Shown: one piece after another, positions 23,806 through 32,783 of the stretch
Position numbering within the stretch: the first letter of the stretch is position 1
How the letters are laid out: each line of letters begins with the position of its first letter
Assembly (NCBI GenBank): GCA_964488305.1
Contig: CAZAUC010000001.1
Location: forward strand, 3,305 to 37,761
DNA from: an uncultured Candidatus Saccharibacteria bacterium
GTDB lineage: Bacteria; Patescibacteriota; Minisyncoccia; UBA6257; UBA9933
DNA: 34,457 bases
Reading direction: 5' to 3'
Notes under the pieces: generated by a model
Databases searched by the model: none
The model's input: only the letters and a program-made list of their open reading frames with translations
What the model was told of the DNA's origin: nothing
Translations under genes and position numbers: made by a program

Positions 23806-23892
23806 ATTTGCCAATTTCATCGGAGCGTTTTTATTTAAAATTCATAATTTGCCAACATCGGCAGAAAGAAGTAAAATAAAATTAATAAACAT

Positions 23893-24288
23893 ATGCCGAC
23901 TTACGAATGGTATCAACAGTTAATTAAGCCGGTCTGGGCGCCGCCAAGCTGGCTTTTTGGTCCGGTTTGGACAGGGCTTTACATATTAATTGCTTTGAGC
24001 TTCGGCTATGTTGGTTGGCTTTTTATAAAAAAGAAAATTCCGCTTATTGTTTTTACGCCTTTTGTCTTAAACCTTGTTTTTAACCTTGCTTTTACGCCCA
24101 TTCAGTTCGGGTTAAAAAATAACGTTCTGGCGGCGTTAGATATTTTACTGGTGCTTGGAACCCTTGTTTGGGCTATTATTGCCATTTACCCCCGCGCCAA
24201 ATGGATAAGTTTTATAAACGTTCCATATTTGTTATGGGTAGGCTTTGCCACCGTTCTTCAACTTACAATTACTTATCTGAATATTTGA
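23893..24288 (+). CDS. tspO: TspO/MBR family (tryptophan-rich sensory) protein, short form
   Basis: WYQQLIKPVWAPPSWLFGPVWTGLYILIALSF is the TspO signature. Confidence 0.85.
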   Translation: MPTYEWYQQLIKPVWAPPSWLFGPVWTGLYILIALSFGYVGWLFIKKKIPLIVFTPFVLNLVFNLAFTPIQFGLKNNVLAALDILLVLGTLVWAIIAIYPRAKWISFINVPYLLWVGFATVLQLTITYLNI

Positions 24289-24402
24289 ATGAAAAACAGT
24301 GCAAACTTAGTTGTGTATAGCTAAGTTTCATAAAAATAATTAAAAGTGTATAATGGATATAAAAGGTCGAGATAATAATTTTTTAAACATTTTTAAATTA
24401 TT

Positions 24403-24618
24403 ATGAAAGTTTTAAAAGCCATAGCTTTAATTTTAGTTATTGTTGGAGCTTTGAACTGGGGATTGGTTGGCTTGCTTAACCTTGATTTGGTGGCGGCTAT
24501 TTTTGGAGATATGTCCACTGTTTCAAGGGTGGTATACGTTTTGGTTGGTTTGTCAGCGGTCTATTTAGCCGTTGCTTCTTCAATGAAGCCGAAAGCGCCT
24601 AAGATGCCGCAGATGTAG
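24403..24618 (+). CDS. DUF378 domain membrane protein
   Basis: 71 aa. LVIVGALNWGLVGLLNLDLVAAIFG matches the DUF378 signature. Confidence 0.8.
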   Translation: MKVLKAIALILVIVGALNWGLVGLLNLDLVAAIFGDMSTVSRVVYVLVGLSAVYLAVASSMKPKAPKMPQM

Positions 24619-24733
24619 AAATTACAGTAAAAAGCTTTTTATTGTGATTAATTTTTAATCTGCCCGCCGCTAATAGGATGGATTATTTTAGGTTTGGGGA
24701 GGCTTGGATTAATTACGTTAAAATAGACACAAT

Positions 24734-25414
24734 ATGGGGAATAAACTTTTAATTATTATCGTTATAGTGGTTTTAGCGCTTGTTGGCGGTGGAATTGCCA
24801 TTTATTTTACGTTGAAAGCAGATAAGTCGGTTGATAATGAGTCAGCGCCGACGACCGAATCTTACGAGCCAACACATACGGAAACAGGTCAATTAGAAGA
24901 AACGGAATCGGTAGATATTGGATTAACGGATGAACAAAATGATGAATTTGGACGGCTGGTTACGAAAGATAAATTTTCTCTGCGGGCGCCAGAAGAATGG
25001 TTGGAGGCTCAAGATATCCCCGCGGGCACTTTACTTATAATGGTAAACGACGGCGAACAGGTAAATAATGCGACGGCAAAACAAATTGGCTTTAGAAGTT
25101 ATTTCTCCATAGTTTATGACAACTCAGGACAAGTCCCCCAAGAAAATTATTTAGATGCCCTGAAGGACGGCTTGAAACAGGTATTTTCCGGTGTTGTTTT
25201 TTCCGAAAAAGATTCAATTTCAATAGACGGTAAGCAGGCGAAAGTTTTGGAATCCAGCCTTTCCCAGCAGGGAATTGATTTCAAGATTTTGATGTTCGTA
25301 TTTAGCGGTAAAAATAAGGATATGTGGGTGGTATCTTTTAATACTCTGCCGGAAAAGTGGAATGACTATCAGGGCCTTTTTTATCAGATGGCCGAGAGTT
25401 TCAAGTTGAAATAA
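24734..25414 (+). CDS. membrane-anchored hypothetical protein
   Basis: N-terminal TM helix, an acidic linker, then a globular domain. No family recognised. Confidence 0.6.
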   Translation: MGNKLLIIIVIVVLALVGGGIAIYFTLKADKSVDNESAPTTESYEPTHTETGQLEETESVDIGLTDEQNDEFGRLVTKDKFSLRAPEEWLEAQDIPAGTLLIMVNDGEQVNNATAKQIGFRSYFSIVYDNSGQVPQENYLDALKDGLKQVFSGVVFSEKDSISIDGKQAKVLESSLSQQGIDFKILMFVFSGKNKDMWVVSFNTLPEKWNDYQGLFYQMAESFKLK

Positions 25415-25429
25415 CTAAGGTTTCTAAAT

Positions 25430-26128
25430 ATGAAATTAAAAATAACTTATTTAGTTATAATAGTGGTTTTAGTTGTCGGAGCGACCATTTATTTAATGGG
25501 TTATTTAATGAGTCAGAAAGCCGAAAAACCAACCGGACAAACCGGTAGTCAGGAAGAGCCGGCTGAACAAGCGCAAAATCAGATGGATAACAAAATTAGT
25601 AATCAAAATCAAGAAGTGTCTAAAACGATGAAGCACTTAATAACCATAAAAACAAATTTGGGCGACATCCAATTTGAAACTTATGACGCCGACGCGCCCA
25701 AAACAGTTGAAAATTTCATTAGTTTGGCCAATAAAGGATTCTATAACGGCCTGATTTTCCATCGCGTGATTAAAGGATTTATGATTCAGGGAGGAGACCC
25801 GAATTGCAGTTCTCCATCCGGCTCGGGAATGTGCGGCGCCGGCGGACCAGGATATCAATTTGAGGATGAATTGAACCCGGAAACAGCATCCTATCAGGCC
25901 GGTTATCAAAAAGGAGTGGTGGCGATGGCTAATGCCGGTCCGAATACGAACGGCAGCCAATTTTTCATTATGCTTGAAAATAATTCCTTGCCTCATAATT
26001 ACACGATTTTCGGAAAAGTCTTGAAGGGTCAGGACGTGGTTGATAAGATAGGCAATGCGCAAACCGATTCCAATGATAAACCATTGACTCCGATAATGAT
26101 GGAAAAAGTTGCAGTGGAAGAAATGTAA
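25430..26128 (+). CDS. membrane-anchored cyclophilin-type peptidyl-prolyl isomerase
   Basis: FHRVIKGFMIQGGDP...GVVAMANAGPNTNGSQFFI motifs after an N-terminal TM helix and a Gln/Glu-rich linker. Confidence 0.92.
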   Translation: MKLKITYLVIIVVLVVGATIYLMGYLMSQKAEKPTGQTGSQEEPAEQAQNQMDNKISNQNQEVSKTMKHLITIKTNLGDIQFETYDADAPKTVENFISLANKGFYNGLIFHRVIKGFMIQGGDPNCSSPSGSGMCGAGGPGYQFEDELNPETASYQAGYQKGVVAMANAGPNTNGSQFFIMLENNSLPHNYTIFGKVLKGQDVVDKIGNAQTDSNDKPLTPIMMEKVAVEEM

Positions 26129-26130
26129 AA

Positions 26131-26349
26131 ATGAGAATCTTCGTTAAGGCAAAACCGTTGGCGAAAAAAGAGAGCGTGGAAAAAATTGACGAAATCCATT
26201 TTGCGGTTTCGGTAAAAGAGCCGCCTAAAAATGGCCAAGCCAATCAAGCGATTATCAAAGCGCTGGCAGGATATTTTAATACTTCTCCTTCAACAATCCG
26301 GCTTATTGCCGGCTTTTCTTCCAAACAAAAAATTTTTGAGATTCTATAA
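26131..26349 (+). CDS. DUF167 (YggU-like) protein
   Basis: 72 aa. VKAKPLAKKESV...VKEPPKNGQANQAIIKALAGYF...GFSSKQKIFEI matches the DUF167 pattern. Confidence 0.8.
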   Translation: MRIFVKAKPLAKKESVEKIDEIHFAVSVKEPPKNGQANQAIIKALAGYFNTSPSTIRLIAGFSSKQKIFEIL

Positions 26350-26359
26350 AATAACAAAC

Positions 26360-26395
26360 GAGGCTGCCGGCTAAGTCGGCGGCCTCTCATTTTCT
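26360..26395 (+). terminator. intrinsic terminator
   Basis: gaggctgccg (26360-26369) pairs with cggcggcctc (26377-26386), followed by a T-rich tail. Confidence 0.55.
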
Positions 26396-26433
26396 CCTTG
26401 TTTTAGGGCTTCTATAGTTATAAAATTTAGCTA

Positions 26434-27318
26434 ATGAGGGGCGATATTTACATTGATGAGAGAGAACGAAGAAAACGTCGGCGGTTTTTGAAGTTTAAAA
26501 TTTACGCCGTTGTATTTCTTTTTTCTATTTTGCTGGTAGGTGTTGCTTACGTAATCATTTACTCGCAACTTTTTCAGATTAAAAACATAATACAAGTTAA
26601 TGGCGATTTAACGCCGGCCGACGCAGACCAATTAATCGGCAATCTTAAAAACTTTTTCGTCAGCCAGTCAAAAATCGCCGGATTTTTAGGCTCGGACAAC
26701 ATTTTGATTTGGAATAAAGAAATATTGGCAAAATTTCCAAAAGCCCCGGAAATCGCCGAATTAACAATTGAAAAAGATTATTTCAAGCGGGAAATAAAAA
26801 TTAACGTTAAAAAGAGAGAAAAATTCGGCGTTTGGTGCGTCACAGCGCAGAAATATGCAGAATTTACGCAGAATAACGCAGAAGTTCCGCGCGATTCTGA
26901 GTCTAGTCAGCGAGAGTCAGCGGAGCAATGCTCATGGTTTGACAAGAAAGGCGTGATTTTTGCCGAAACACCGCAACTTGAAGGCCAACTTATTAATAGG
27001 GTTGAAGATTTTTCCAGCCGGACTTTAGAACTTGGAGATTTAGTATTGGAGGAAAAATTTTTACCCAATCTTATTAAAATTTTTGACGTTTTGGATAAAT
27101 CCGGTTTAAAAATAAAATCTCTGAGATTGGAAGATTTGCAATTTCAGGAGATTATAGCAGATTCGCTTTCTGATTCACTGCCGAAAATTTATTTTAGCTT
27201 GAGGTTTGACCCGACCTCTAACTTAGTCGCAGTTGAATCCTTAAAAAGCTTCGGCTTGGAAAAAATTGAGTACGTTGATTTACGGGTAGAGAACAGAGCG
27301 TACTACAAAATAAAATAA
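26434..27318 (+). CDS. FtsQ/DivIB-like single-pass membrane protein (tentative)
   Basis: Basic N-terminus and one TM helix, then a POTRA-like segment (LFQIKNIIQVNGDL...). Contains a low-complexity segment at about 26856-26935. Confidence 0.4.
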   Translation: MRGDIYIDERERRKRRRFLKFKIYAVVFLFSILLVGVAYVIIYSQLFQIKNIIQVNGDLTPADADQLIGNLKNFFVSQSKIAGFLGSDNILIWNKEILAKFPKAPEIAELTIEKDYFKREIKINVKKREKFGVWCVTAQKYAEFTQNNAEVPRDSESSQRESAEQCSWFDKKGVIFAETPQLEGQLINRVEDFSSRTLELGDLVLEEKFLPNLIKIFDVLDKSGLKIKSLRLEDLQFQEIIADSLSDSLPKIYFSLRFDPTSNLVAVESLKSFGLEKIEYVDLRVENRAYYKIK

Positions 27319-27343
27319 AAGTTTAAAAATCAAATTGAATTTT

Positions 27344-29281
27344 CTATAATTTATAGATAAAGATTGACTTCCCGGCGCGGGCATAAGGTTGGGGAACTTG
27401 TCCTGAGCCTGCCGAAGGATTTAGCCATTGATATTCGTCTTCGGGGTTTCTTTGCTGACCGGGATGCAATTTACCCAAGGCGTTTTGCAGGGAATTAACT
27501 GAAATTGCCAACCACTCAATTCCTTCTTCGTCAGGATTGCCCTTGGCTGACCACCAATATTCCACTTTGTTTCCCAAATAATATCTTGGGTTGCCGCCGC
27601 CAAAATAATCAACGGCGATTTTATCAATGTTTTTCTCTTTAACCCATTGAGTTAATCTTTTGAGGTCCTGACCCCAATCATAATTGGAATCCGTTACGTA
27701 TTTATAACCATTATCGGTTCCGTCGCCGAATTGATTGAAATAAGAAAGAAAGTGGGGAGCCGTAAACAGGGTTTCCGATAAGAACCAAATCAATAAAAGG
27801 CTAATTACAGCGCCCTTGAGCGAAAGTTTTAAAACATTGAAAAGCGAAACAAATAAATTTTTAAAGAAATTAATCCCGCTAACCATTTTACCGGTCACCC
27901 ATTTCTTTATACTGCTGGTAGCCAGAATGTAGATGAAGGGTAGGGTGGGCAGGATGTGGCGAACGCCGATGTTTAAAGGACTATTAATGCTATAAAGCCA
28001 ATACAAAATTACGAAAACAATCATTGAAAATTCTGCAAAGTGGGTGCCCAGATAGTCGGAAAGATGGGAAATTAGACGTGAGAAGCGTAATTTCTTAATA
28101 ATTCTCCAGAGTGCCAAAATCAATGCCAGAACGATTAGAATCAGCGAAGGCAACGGCTCTTTTAACAGAAAAACCACCGGGAAATAATACCACCAGCCGC
28201 TGGCCGAAACTTCACCCAGGAAGTAAGCCGTGTTACCGCCGCTTGAACGCTGCATCACCATTAAAACTCCAAGCATATATTCTCCGAGCGGCCGCATAAT
28301 TTTATTGCCGGCCATCCATATGTTTATTTCTGCCAGGCATCTTGTTCGGCGGCCAAAAGAAACGCCGGAATTCAATTTACAGCTTTCCCAATTTTGGTCA
28401 GGACCGCCACTAAAAGAAGATAAGATGAATGCCGTATCAGCTTTTTGTCTTTGGACGGGATAATTGATGGTAAAGACGAAATAAACGAAATAAACCAGCA
28501 GGTAGCCGACGACGAAAATGAGAATTAGGGAGAGGAGGTAGCGGAAAAATGTTTTGAAAAACTGACCCAAGCCGCTGAAAAAACCAGACCATTTGTTTCT
28601 TATCTTCCAAAAACAGATAACAATAATCAGAAATCCAAAAAAAGGAATGAGTAGGACCGTAGAAAATTTTATCAATTGAGCGACGCCGAAAGTCAGGCCG
28701 GCCAAAACCAAATTATTCCTTGAAGGCCAGAGAATGAATTTGACGAAATAATAAGAAGCAATAAATATACCCAAAGCCGCGCCTAAGTCCGTGGTGACGT
28801 AATGTCCGTGAGCCAGAACCGTAGGGGAAAAAGAGAAAAGGAAGGTCGGCAATAGTGCCCACCACCGGCCCATTAATTCATTGGCCCAGATATAAATGAA
28901 GATAATTAAAAGGAGGGTCAAAAGCATCGGGCCTAAACGCGCCCATTGAATAATGTTGTCGGCGTCATTACCGGATTCGTAAAGAAATTGCGCGCCCGCC
29001 TCCCACTGGCCGTTGATATCCGTTTGCCAGCTTGATTTATCGGTGGGAAATTTAAGATTTTGAAATAACAAAGGTAAGGCGGCTAATGCCTTGACCAAGG
29101 GCGGATGCTCCGGGTTTAAGCGGTAATCCAGATATTTGACGTAGCCGTAGCCGGCCGGAATGTGGGCTAATTCATCCATGGTGGCTGACTCCTGCGAAGA
29201 GGCGTAGAGCATTAAAATAAAAGCGGTCAATGTCATCAGACAGACCAAAAACCAAGGAGCAGCTTTTTTAATGATATTCAT
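27344..29281 (-). CDS. family 39 (ArnT/PMT-like) polytopic glycosyltransferase
   Basis: ATMDELAHIPAGYGYV...NPEHPPLVKALAALPL is the GT39 loop-1 motif, and there are many TM helices. The ATG at 29281 (MNIIKK...) is preferred over the ORF-track start at 29383. Confidence 0.85.
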   Translation of the reverse strand: MNIIKKAAPWFLVCLMTLTAFILMLYASSQESATMDELAHIPAGYGYVKYLDYRLNPEHPPLVKALAALPLLFQNLKFPTDKSSWQTDINGQWEAGAQFLYESGNDADNIIQWARLGPMLLTLLLIIFIYIWANELMGRWWALLPTFLFSFSPTVLAHGHYVTTDLGAALGIFIASYYFVKFILWPSRNNLVLAGLTFGVAQLIKFSTVLLIPFFGFLIIVICFWKIRNKWSGFFSGLGQFFKTFFRYLLSLILIFVVGYLLVYFVYFVFTINYPVQRQKADTAFILSSFSGGPDQNWESCKLNSGVSFGRRTRCLAEINIWMAGNKIMRPLGEYMLGVLMVMQRSSGGNTAYFLGEVSASGWWYYFPVVFLLKEPLPSLILIVLALILALWRIIKKLRFSRLISHLSDYLGTHFAEFSMIVFVILYWLYSINSPLNIGVRHILPTLPFIYILATSSIKKWVTGKMVSGINFFKNLFVSLFNVLKLSLKGAVISLLLIWFLSETLFTAPHFLSYFNQFGDGTDNGYKYVTDSNYDWGQDLKRLTQWVKEKNIDKIAVDYFGGGNPRYYLGNKVEYWWSAKGNPDEEGIEWLAISVNSLQNALGKLHPGQQRNPEDEYQWLNPSAGSGQVPQPYARAGKSIFIYKL

Positions 29282-29351
29282 GGCGGTTTTAATGTTATTC
29301 AAATAATAGCAAATTCGTAATAGAATAAGAAGTGGAAAACTGAAATTCAAT

Positions 29352-29663
29352 ATGACAAAACGTCTTGTTCCATTTTGGACCAAACACTGCCAGGATAAAA
29401 TGAGATTTTACCGTCTTTCCAAACAGCGAGTGTTGAGGGTTTTAAATTCGCCCAAAAGAATTGAGGAGGGGATTGCGCCGGATACCATCGCGATGATGCA
29501 GTCGGCCGGCAGTCAGAAACATCCTTATGAAATTTGGGTAATGATTCAGGAAACCAAAACCAGGCGGAAAATTATTTCGGCCTGGCGTTATCCTGGGAGA
29601 ACCAAATTAGGGGAGCAGTTACCGGAAGAAATTTTAAGAGAAATGCGGGAAATAAGATATTAA
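29352..29663 (+). CDS. hypothetical protein
   Basis: 103-aa ORF divergent from the GT39 gene. No confident family; weak resemblance to small DUF4258-type proteins. Confidence 0.45.
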   Translation: MTKRLVPFWTKHCQDKMRFYRLSKQRVLRVLNSPKRIEEGIAPDTIAMMQSAGSQKHPYEIWVMIQETKTRRKIISAWRYPGRTKLGEQLPEEILREMREIRY

Positions 29664-29675
29664 TACTTATTTTAG

Positions 29676-29843
29676 TTATTGTGACTCCCTCCACCAATCT
29701 GGATGGTCTTTTCGCCTTTTTTTCTCTTGCTCTTTCTCTTTTGGCGTCCAAAGTGGGCCCTCTGGCATTTTTTCGCCGATTTTGGGCGAACCTGACGGCG
29801 GCGCCATTTCTCGAGGAATTTCAGGTGTTTCAAATGATGGCAT
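29676..29843 (-). CDS. possible 55-aa charged protein (MPSFETPEIPREMAPPSGSPKIGEKMPEGPLWTPKEKEQEKKRRKDHPDWWRESQ)
   Basis: Hand-translated ORF below the length cutoff of the ORF track. The region is more G+C-rich than true spacers here. No clear RBS. Confidence 0.25.
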   Translation of the reverse strand: MPSFETPEIPREMAPPSGSPKIGEKMPEGPLWTPKEKEQEKKRRKDHPDWWRESQ

Positions 29844-29983
29844 AGATTAAATTAATTTTTTAAACGCCCTTTTTAATATTATAACTTATTTTTATAAATC
29901 TATCAATTTATGAAGTTATCAACAGTTGTTATTTTTTAATTTATTATATATTGTATAATGTAGATAAGAAAAGTCAAATTTCT

Positions 29984-30718
29984 ATGAAAAAAATTAATCT
30001 AACTCTTTTAATATTTAGTATTTTGATTGGTGGTATTTTTATTGTCAAAGCAGAAACACTTTTTACCAGAAACCTTTATTTTGGAATAAGCAATGACCCG
30101 GAAGTTACCCAGCTTCAGAATTTTCTGACAGAACAAGGATTTTACTCCGGGCCGGTTACGGGAAACTTTTTTTCGCTTACTCTTGAAGGAGTAAAAAGAT
30201 TTCAGCAAAATTACGGCATAACTCCGGTGGCCGGCTATTTCGGTCCGATTACCAGAACCAAGGCGAATGAAATTCTTTCATCGCAATCTGGTGGAATCAA
30301 AGGACAGCCGACTGGCCAGACCGGCGTTGTCGGCTCGGTTCAGTCTCAATTGGACGCCTTACTTCAGCAGTTATTGTTATTACAGCAGCAGCTTCAGACG
30401 GCAACCTCGGGTTCCGCCTCATCAACTTCCCCGGACATTACTCCGCCGGTAATTTCAAACGTTAAAGTTTCTTATCTCGGGTCTTATTCAGCCGCCGTCA
30501 GTTGGGATACTGACGAATTGACGAAGTCAGTTTTATATTATGACACCAGCAACGATTTTCTGTCAGCCAAATCAGTCAATATAGAAAGCTTTCAGAAGAG
30601 TCACGGATACGTTATCAGCGGTTTGGTTAAGGGCATTAAATATTACTGCAAGATTGAGGCGACGGATGAAAGCGGAAATACTAAAACTTCCGACCCATTT
30701 TGGTTTACTCTGAATTAG
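29984..30718 (+). CDS. secreted peptidoglycan-binding-domain protein with C-terminal FN3/Ig-like domain
   Basis: Signal/anchor MKKINLTLLIFSILIGG, the PG_binding_1 motif (VTQLQNFLTEQGFYSGPVTGNFFSLTLEGVKRFQQNYGI), and a Gln/Leu linker. ATG at 29984 is preferred over TTG at 29951. Confidence 0.8.
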   Translation: MKKINLTLLIFSILIGGIFIVKAETLFTRNLYFGISNDPEVTQLQNFLTEQGFYSGPVTGNFFSLTLEGVKRFQQNYGITPVAGYFGPITRTKANEILSSQSGGIKGQPTGQTGVVGSVQSQLDALLQQLLLLQQQLQTATSGSASSTSPDITPPVISNVKVSYLGSYSAAVSWDTDELTKSVLYYDTSNDFLSAKSVNIESFQKSHGYVISGLVKGIKYYCKIEATDESGNTKTSDPFWFTLN

Positions 30719-31334
30719 GCTTATTATTCTTAAAATTTTTTCTCCACCTCGCGATATTTCGCCAAAATAAAACAGCTATTAATATAACTAACGCGGCGCC
30801 CGCGATTTTACTTGCGCCGGTTATTTGTTGGGCAATTTCCTGCCAATACGGACCGGCGATGTGGCCGGCAATTACGTAGCCGCCGCTCCATGTAATGGCG
30901 GAAAGAAAAACCATCAGTAGAAATTTTCTCGGAGAAAATTCCAAAAGCCCGGCCGCGGCCGAAACATACCCTCTTAAATAAGGAATTAGACGCCCCAGAT
31001 AGACGCCCCATAAACCTTTAGAGGAGACAAAATTACTTAGACGTTCAATGTTGCGTTTGCTTATGGGCAGCCATTTCGGTTTTCTCGCCAGAAGTTGGGC
31101 GCCGAAGAAATAAAAAACAAAAAAGAGTACTGACGTACCGATAAAATCACCGGAGATGGCGGCCAGCAAAACCAAAGGGAAATTTAAAACGCCTTGCGTT
31201 GAAAGATAACCGGAAAAGAGAAGAACGAATTCATTGGGCACCGGATTAGGTACGCCTATCTCCTGAAGAAAAACAAGCGAAAATATCGCAAGGTACCCGT
31301 ACTTCGTAATATATAAAGCAAGTTCGGCGGGCAT
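30705..31334 (-). CDS. DedA/VTT-domain membrane protein
   Basis: YGYLAIFSLVFLQEIGVPNPVPNEFVLLFSGYL is the DedA signature. Confidence 0.85.
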   Translation of the reverse strand: MPAELALYITKYGYLAIFSLVFLQEIGVPNPVPNEFVLLFSGYLSTQGVLNFPLVLLAAISGDFIGTSVLFFVFYFFGAQLLARKPKWLPISKRNIERLSNFVSSKGLWGVYLGRLIPYLRGYVSAAAGLLEFSPRKFLLMVFLSAITWSGGYVIAGHIAGPYWQEIAQQITGASKIAGAALVILIAVLFWRNIARWRKNFKNNKPNSE

Positions 31335-31412
31335 AGAAATAAGTATACTAAATTCATTTTATATGGCAAAGTGTAATTTTGACAATGTTTCTTTGGGAGG
31401 TAAAATTGGATT

Positions 31413-32444
31413 ATGAAACTTTCAATCGGCATCGTTGGTTTGCCCAATGTCGGCAAGTCCACTCTTTTTAAGGCGCTGACAGAGCAGGAAATAAACATCG
31501 CTAATTATCCTTTTGCCACCATTGACCCGAACGTCGGCGTGGTTGTAGTACCAGATGAACGGCTTAAAAAGTTGGCTGATTTAAGTCATTCTCAAAAAAT
31601 AGTTCCGGCAGTAGTTGAATTTTACGATATCGCCGGTTTGGTTAAAGGTGCCAACAAAGGAGAAGGATTGGGCAACCAGTTTTTGGCGCACATCCGCGAG
31701 GTGAGCACGATCGTTCAGGTGGTGAGATGTTTTGAAAGCCAAGAAATTATTCACGTTGAAAACGGCATTGACCCGGCAAGAGACATAGAGATTATTAATA
31801 CGGAACTTATTTTTAAAGATTTGGAAACGATTGAAAAACGATTAAATAAACTTGAAGGCGAGGCAAAAACCGGAGATAAACAAAAAAATAGAGAATGGGA
31901 AGCGATTAAAAAAATCAGAGACGGCCTGAATAAGAATATTTTAGCTTATAATTTGGTGGATAAGATTCAGCGTGAGTCTGCGTCTAATCTGCGCGATTCT
32001 GCGCTGTTAAAAGAACTATCTCTTTTAACGGATAAGCCGCAGATTTATCTTTTAAACGGTAAGGAATCCGACGTGAGCGATAAATTGAAAAGCAAAATTA
32101 AAGAGTTAAACGCTGATTACGTAGTTGCCGATTTATCACAGTCGGTTGATTTAAATTTATTGATTAAAAAAGCCTACGAAGTTTTAGGCTTGATAAGTTT
32201 TTTGACGACCGGTGAAGATGAGACTCGCGCTTGGACCATTAAAAAAGGCGCCAAAGCGCCCGAGGCGGCCGGCGTAATCCACACTGATTTTGAAAATAAA
32301 TTCATTAAAGCTGAAGTAATAGACTGGCAAAAATTGTTGGAAGTTGGTTCGTGGAATAATGCCAAGCAGAGAGGATTAATACGGCTGGAAGGCAGGGAAT
32401 ACGAGGTACAAGACGGGGATGTTATGGTTATTAAGCATGGTTAG
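31413..32444 (+). CDS. ychF: redox-regulated ATPase YchF
   Basis: IGIVGLPNVGKSTLFKALT, ANYPFATIDPNVG, and the TGS-like C-terminus ...EGREYEVQDGDVMVIKH. Confidence 0.95.
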   Translation: MKLSIGIVGLPNVGKSTLFKALTEQEINIANYPFATIDPNVGVVVVPDERLKKLADLSHSQKIVPAVVEFYDIAGLVKGANKGEGLGNQFLAHIREVSTIVQVVRCFESQEIIHVENGIDPARDIEIINTELIFKDLETIEKRLNKLEGEAKTGDKQKNREWEAIKKIRDGLNKNILAYNLVDKIQRESASNLRDSALLKELSLLTDKPQIYLLNGKESDVSDKLKSKIKELNADYVVADLSQSVDLNLLIKKAYEVLGLISFLTTGEDETRAWTIKKGAKAPEAAGVIHTDFENKFIKAEVIDWQKLLEVGSWNNAKQRGLIRLEGREYEVQDGDVMVIKHG

Positions 32445-32611
32445 TGGAGCGGCGATGCCTGCTTCATAATTAAACGAAGCTTGTACTACTGGGGTGATAG
32501 TCATCAAATATGGATAAGCATATTTAGTTTTATAGTAAGGTTTTAGTCATATAGTACGGTTTAGTTATATAATTTATTTATTATATAATTTATTTATATA
32601 ATATAATCACG

Positions 32612-32658
32612 AAATTTAGTCATATATGATGCGATCGCATCGTAATATGACTAAATTT
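32612..32658. repeat. 47-nt near-perfect palindrome
   Basis: aaatttagtcatat (32612-32625) pairs with atatgactaaattt (32645-32658). These arms enclose the palindrome gatgcgatcgcatc (32628-32641). A third copy of the word tttagtcatata is at 32542-32553. Confidence 0.85.
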
Positions 32659-32783
32659 TTATTTCACTATTTTTTCCGCCATTTTATTTTTTGAGGCGAG
32701 AAATTATAATTAATTATAATTAATTAAGATTTTAACGCCGGGTTTACGCTGGATTACGGCATTTATTAATTAAATAAATTTTT

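Noticed and set aside
27391-27409. The motif cctgagcctgccgaagga in the GT39 gene resembles cctgagcccgtcgaaggg in the DUF763 insertion (33264-33281), suggesting a shared dispersed repeat.
   Set aside because: It is only 16 of 18 matches over 18 nt and lies in opposite orientation relative to the genes. That is too short to separate from chance without a genome-wide count.
29534-29845. The plus-strand 103-aa ORF spanning the 3' end of 29352-29663 and the following region.
   Set aside because: It overlaps another ORF out of frame, and its product is hydrophobic and low in complexity. The minus-strand 55-aa frame is a marginally better explanation, though itself of low confidence.
31379-31412. 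TTGACA, 16-nt spacer, TAAAAT immediately upstream of ychF, implying a leaderless mRNA with the TSS at about the ATG at 31413.
   Set aside because: A GGGAGG sequence at 31395-31400 could equally serve as an RBS for a transcript starting further upstream. The two readings conflict, and the sequence alone cannot resolve them.
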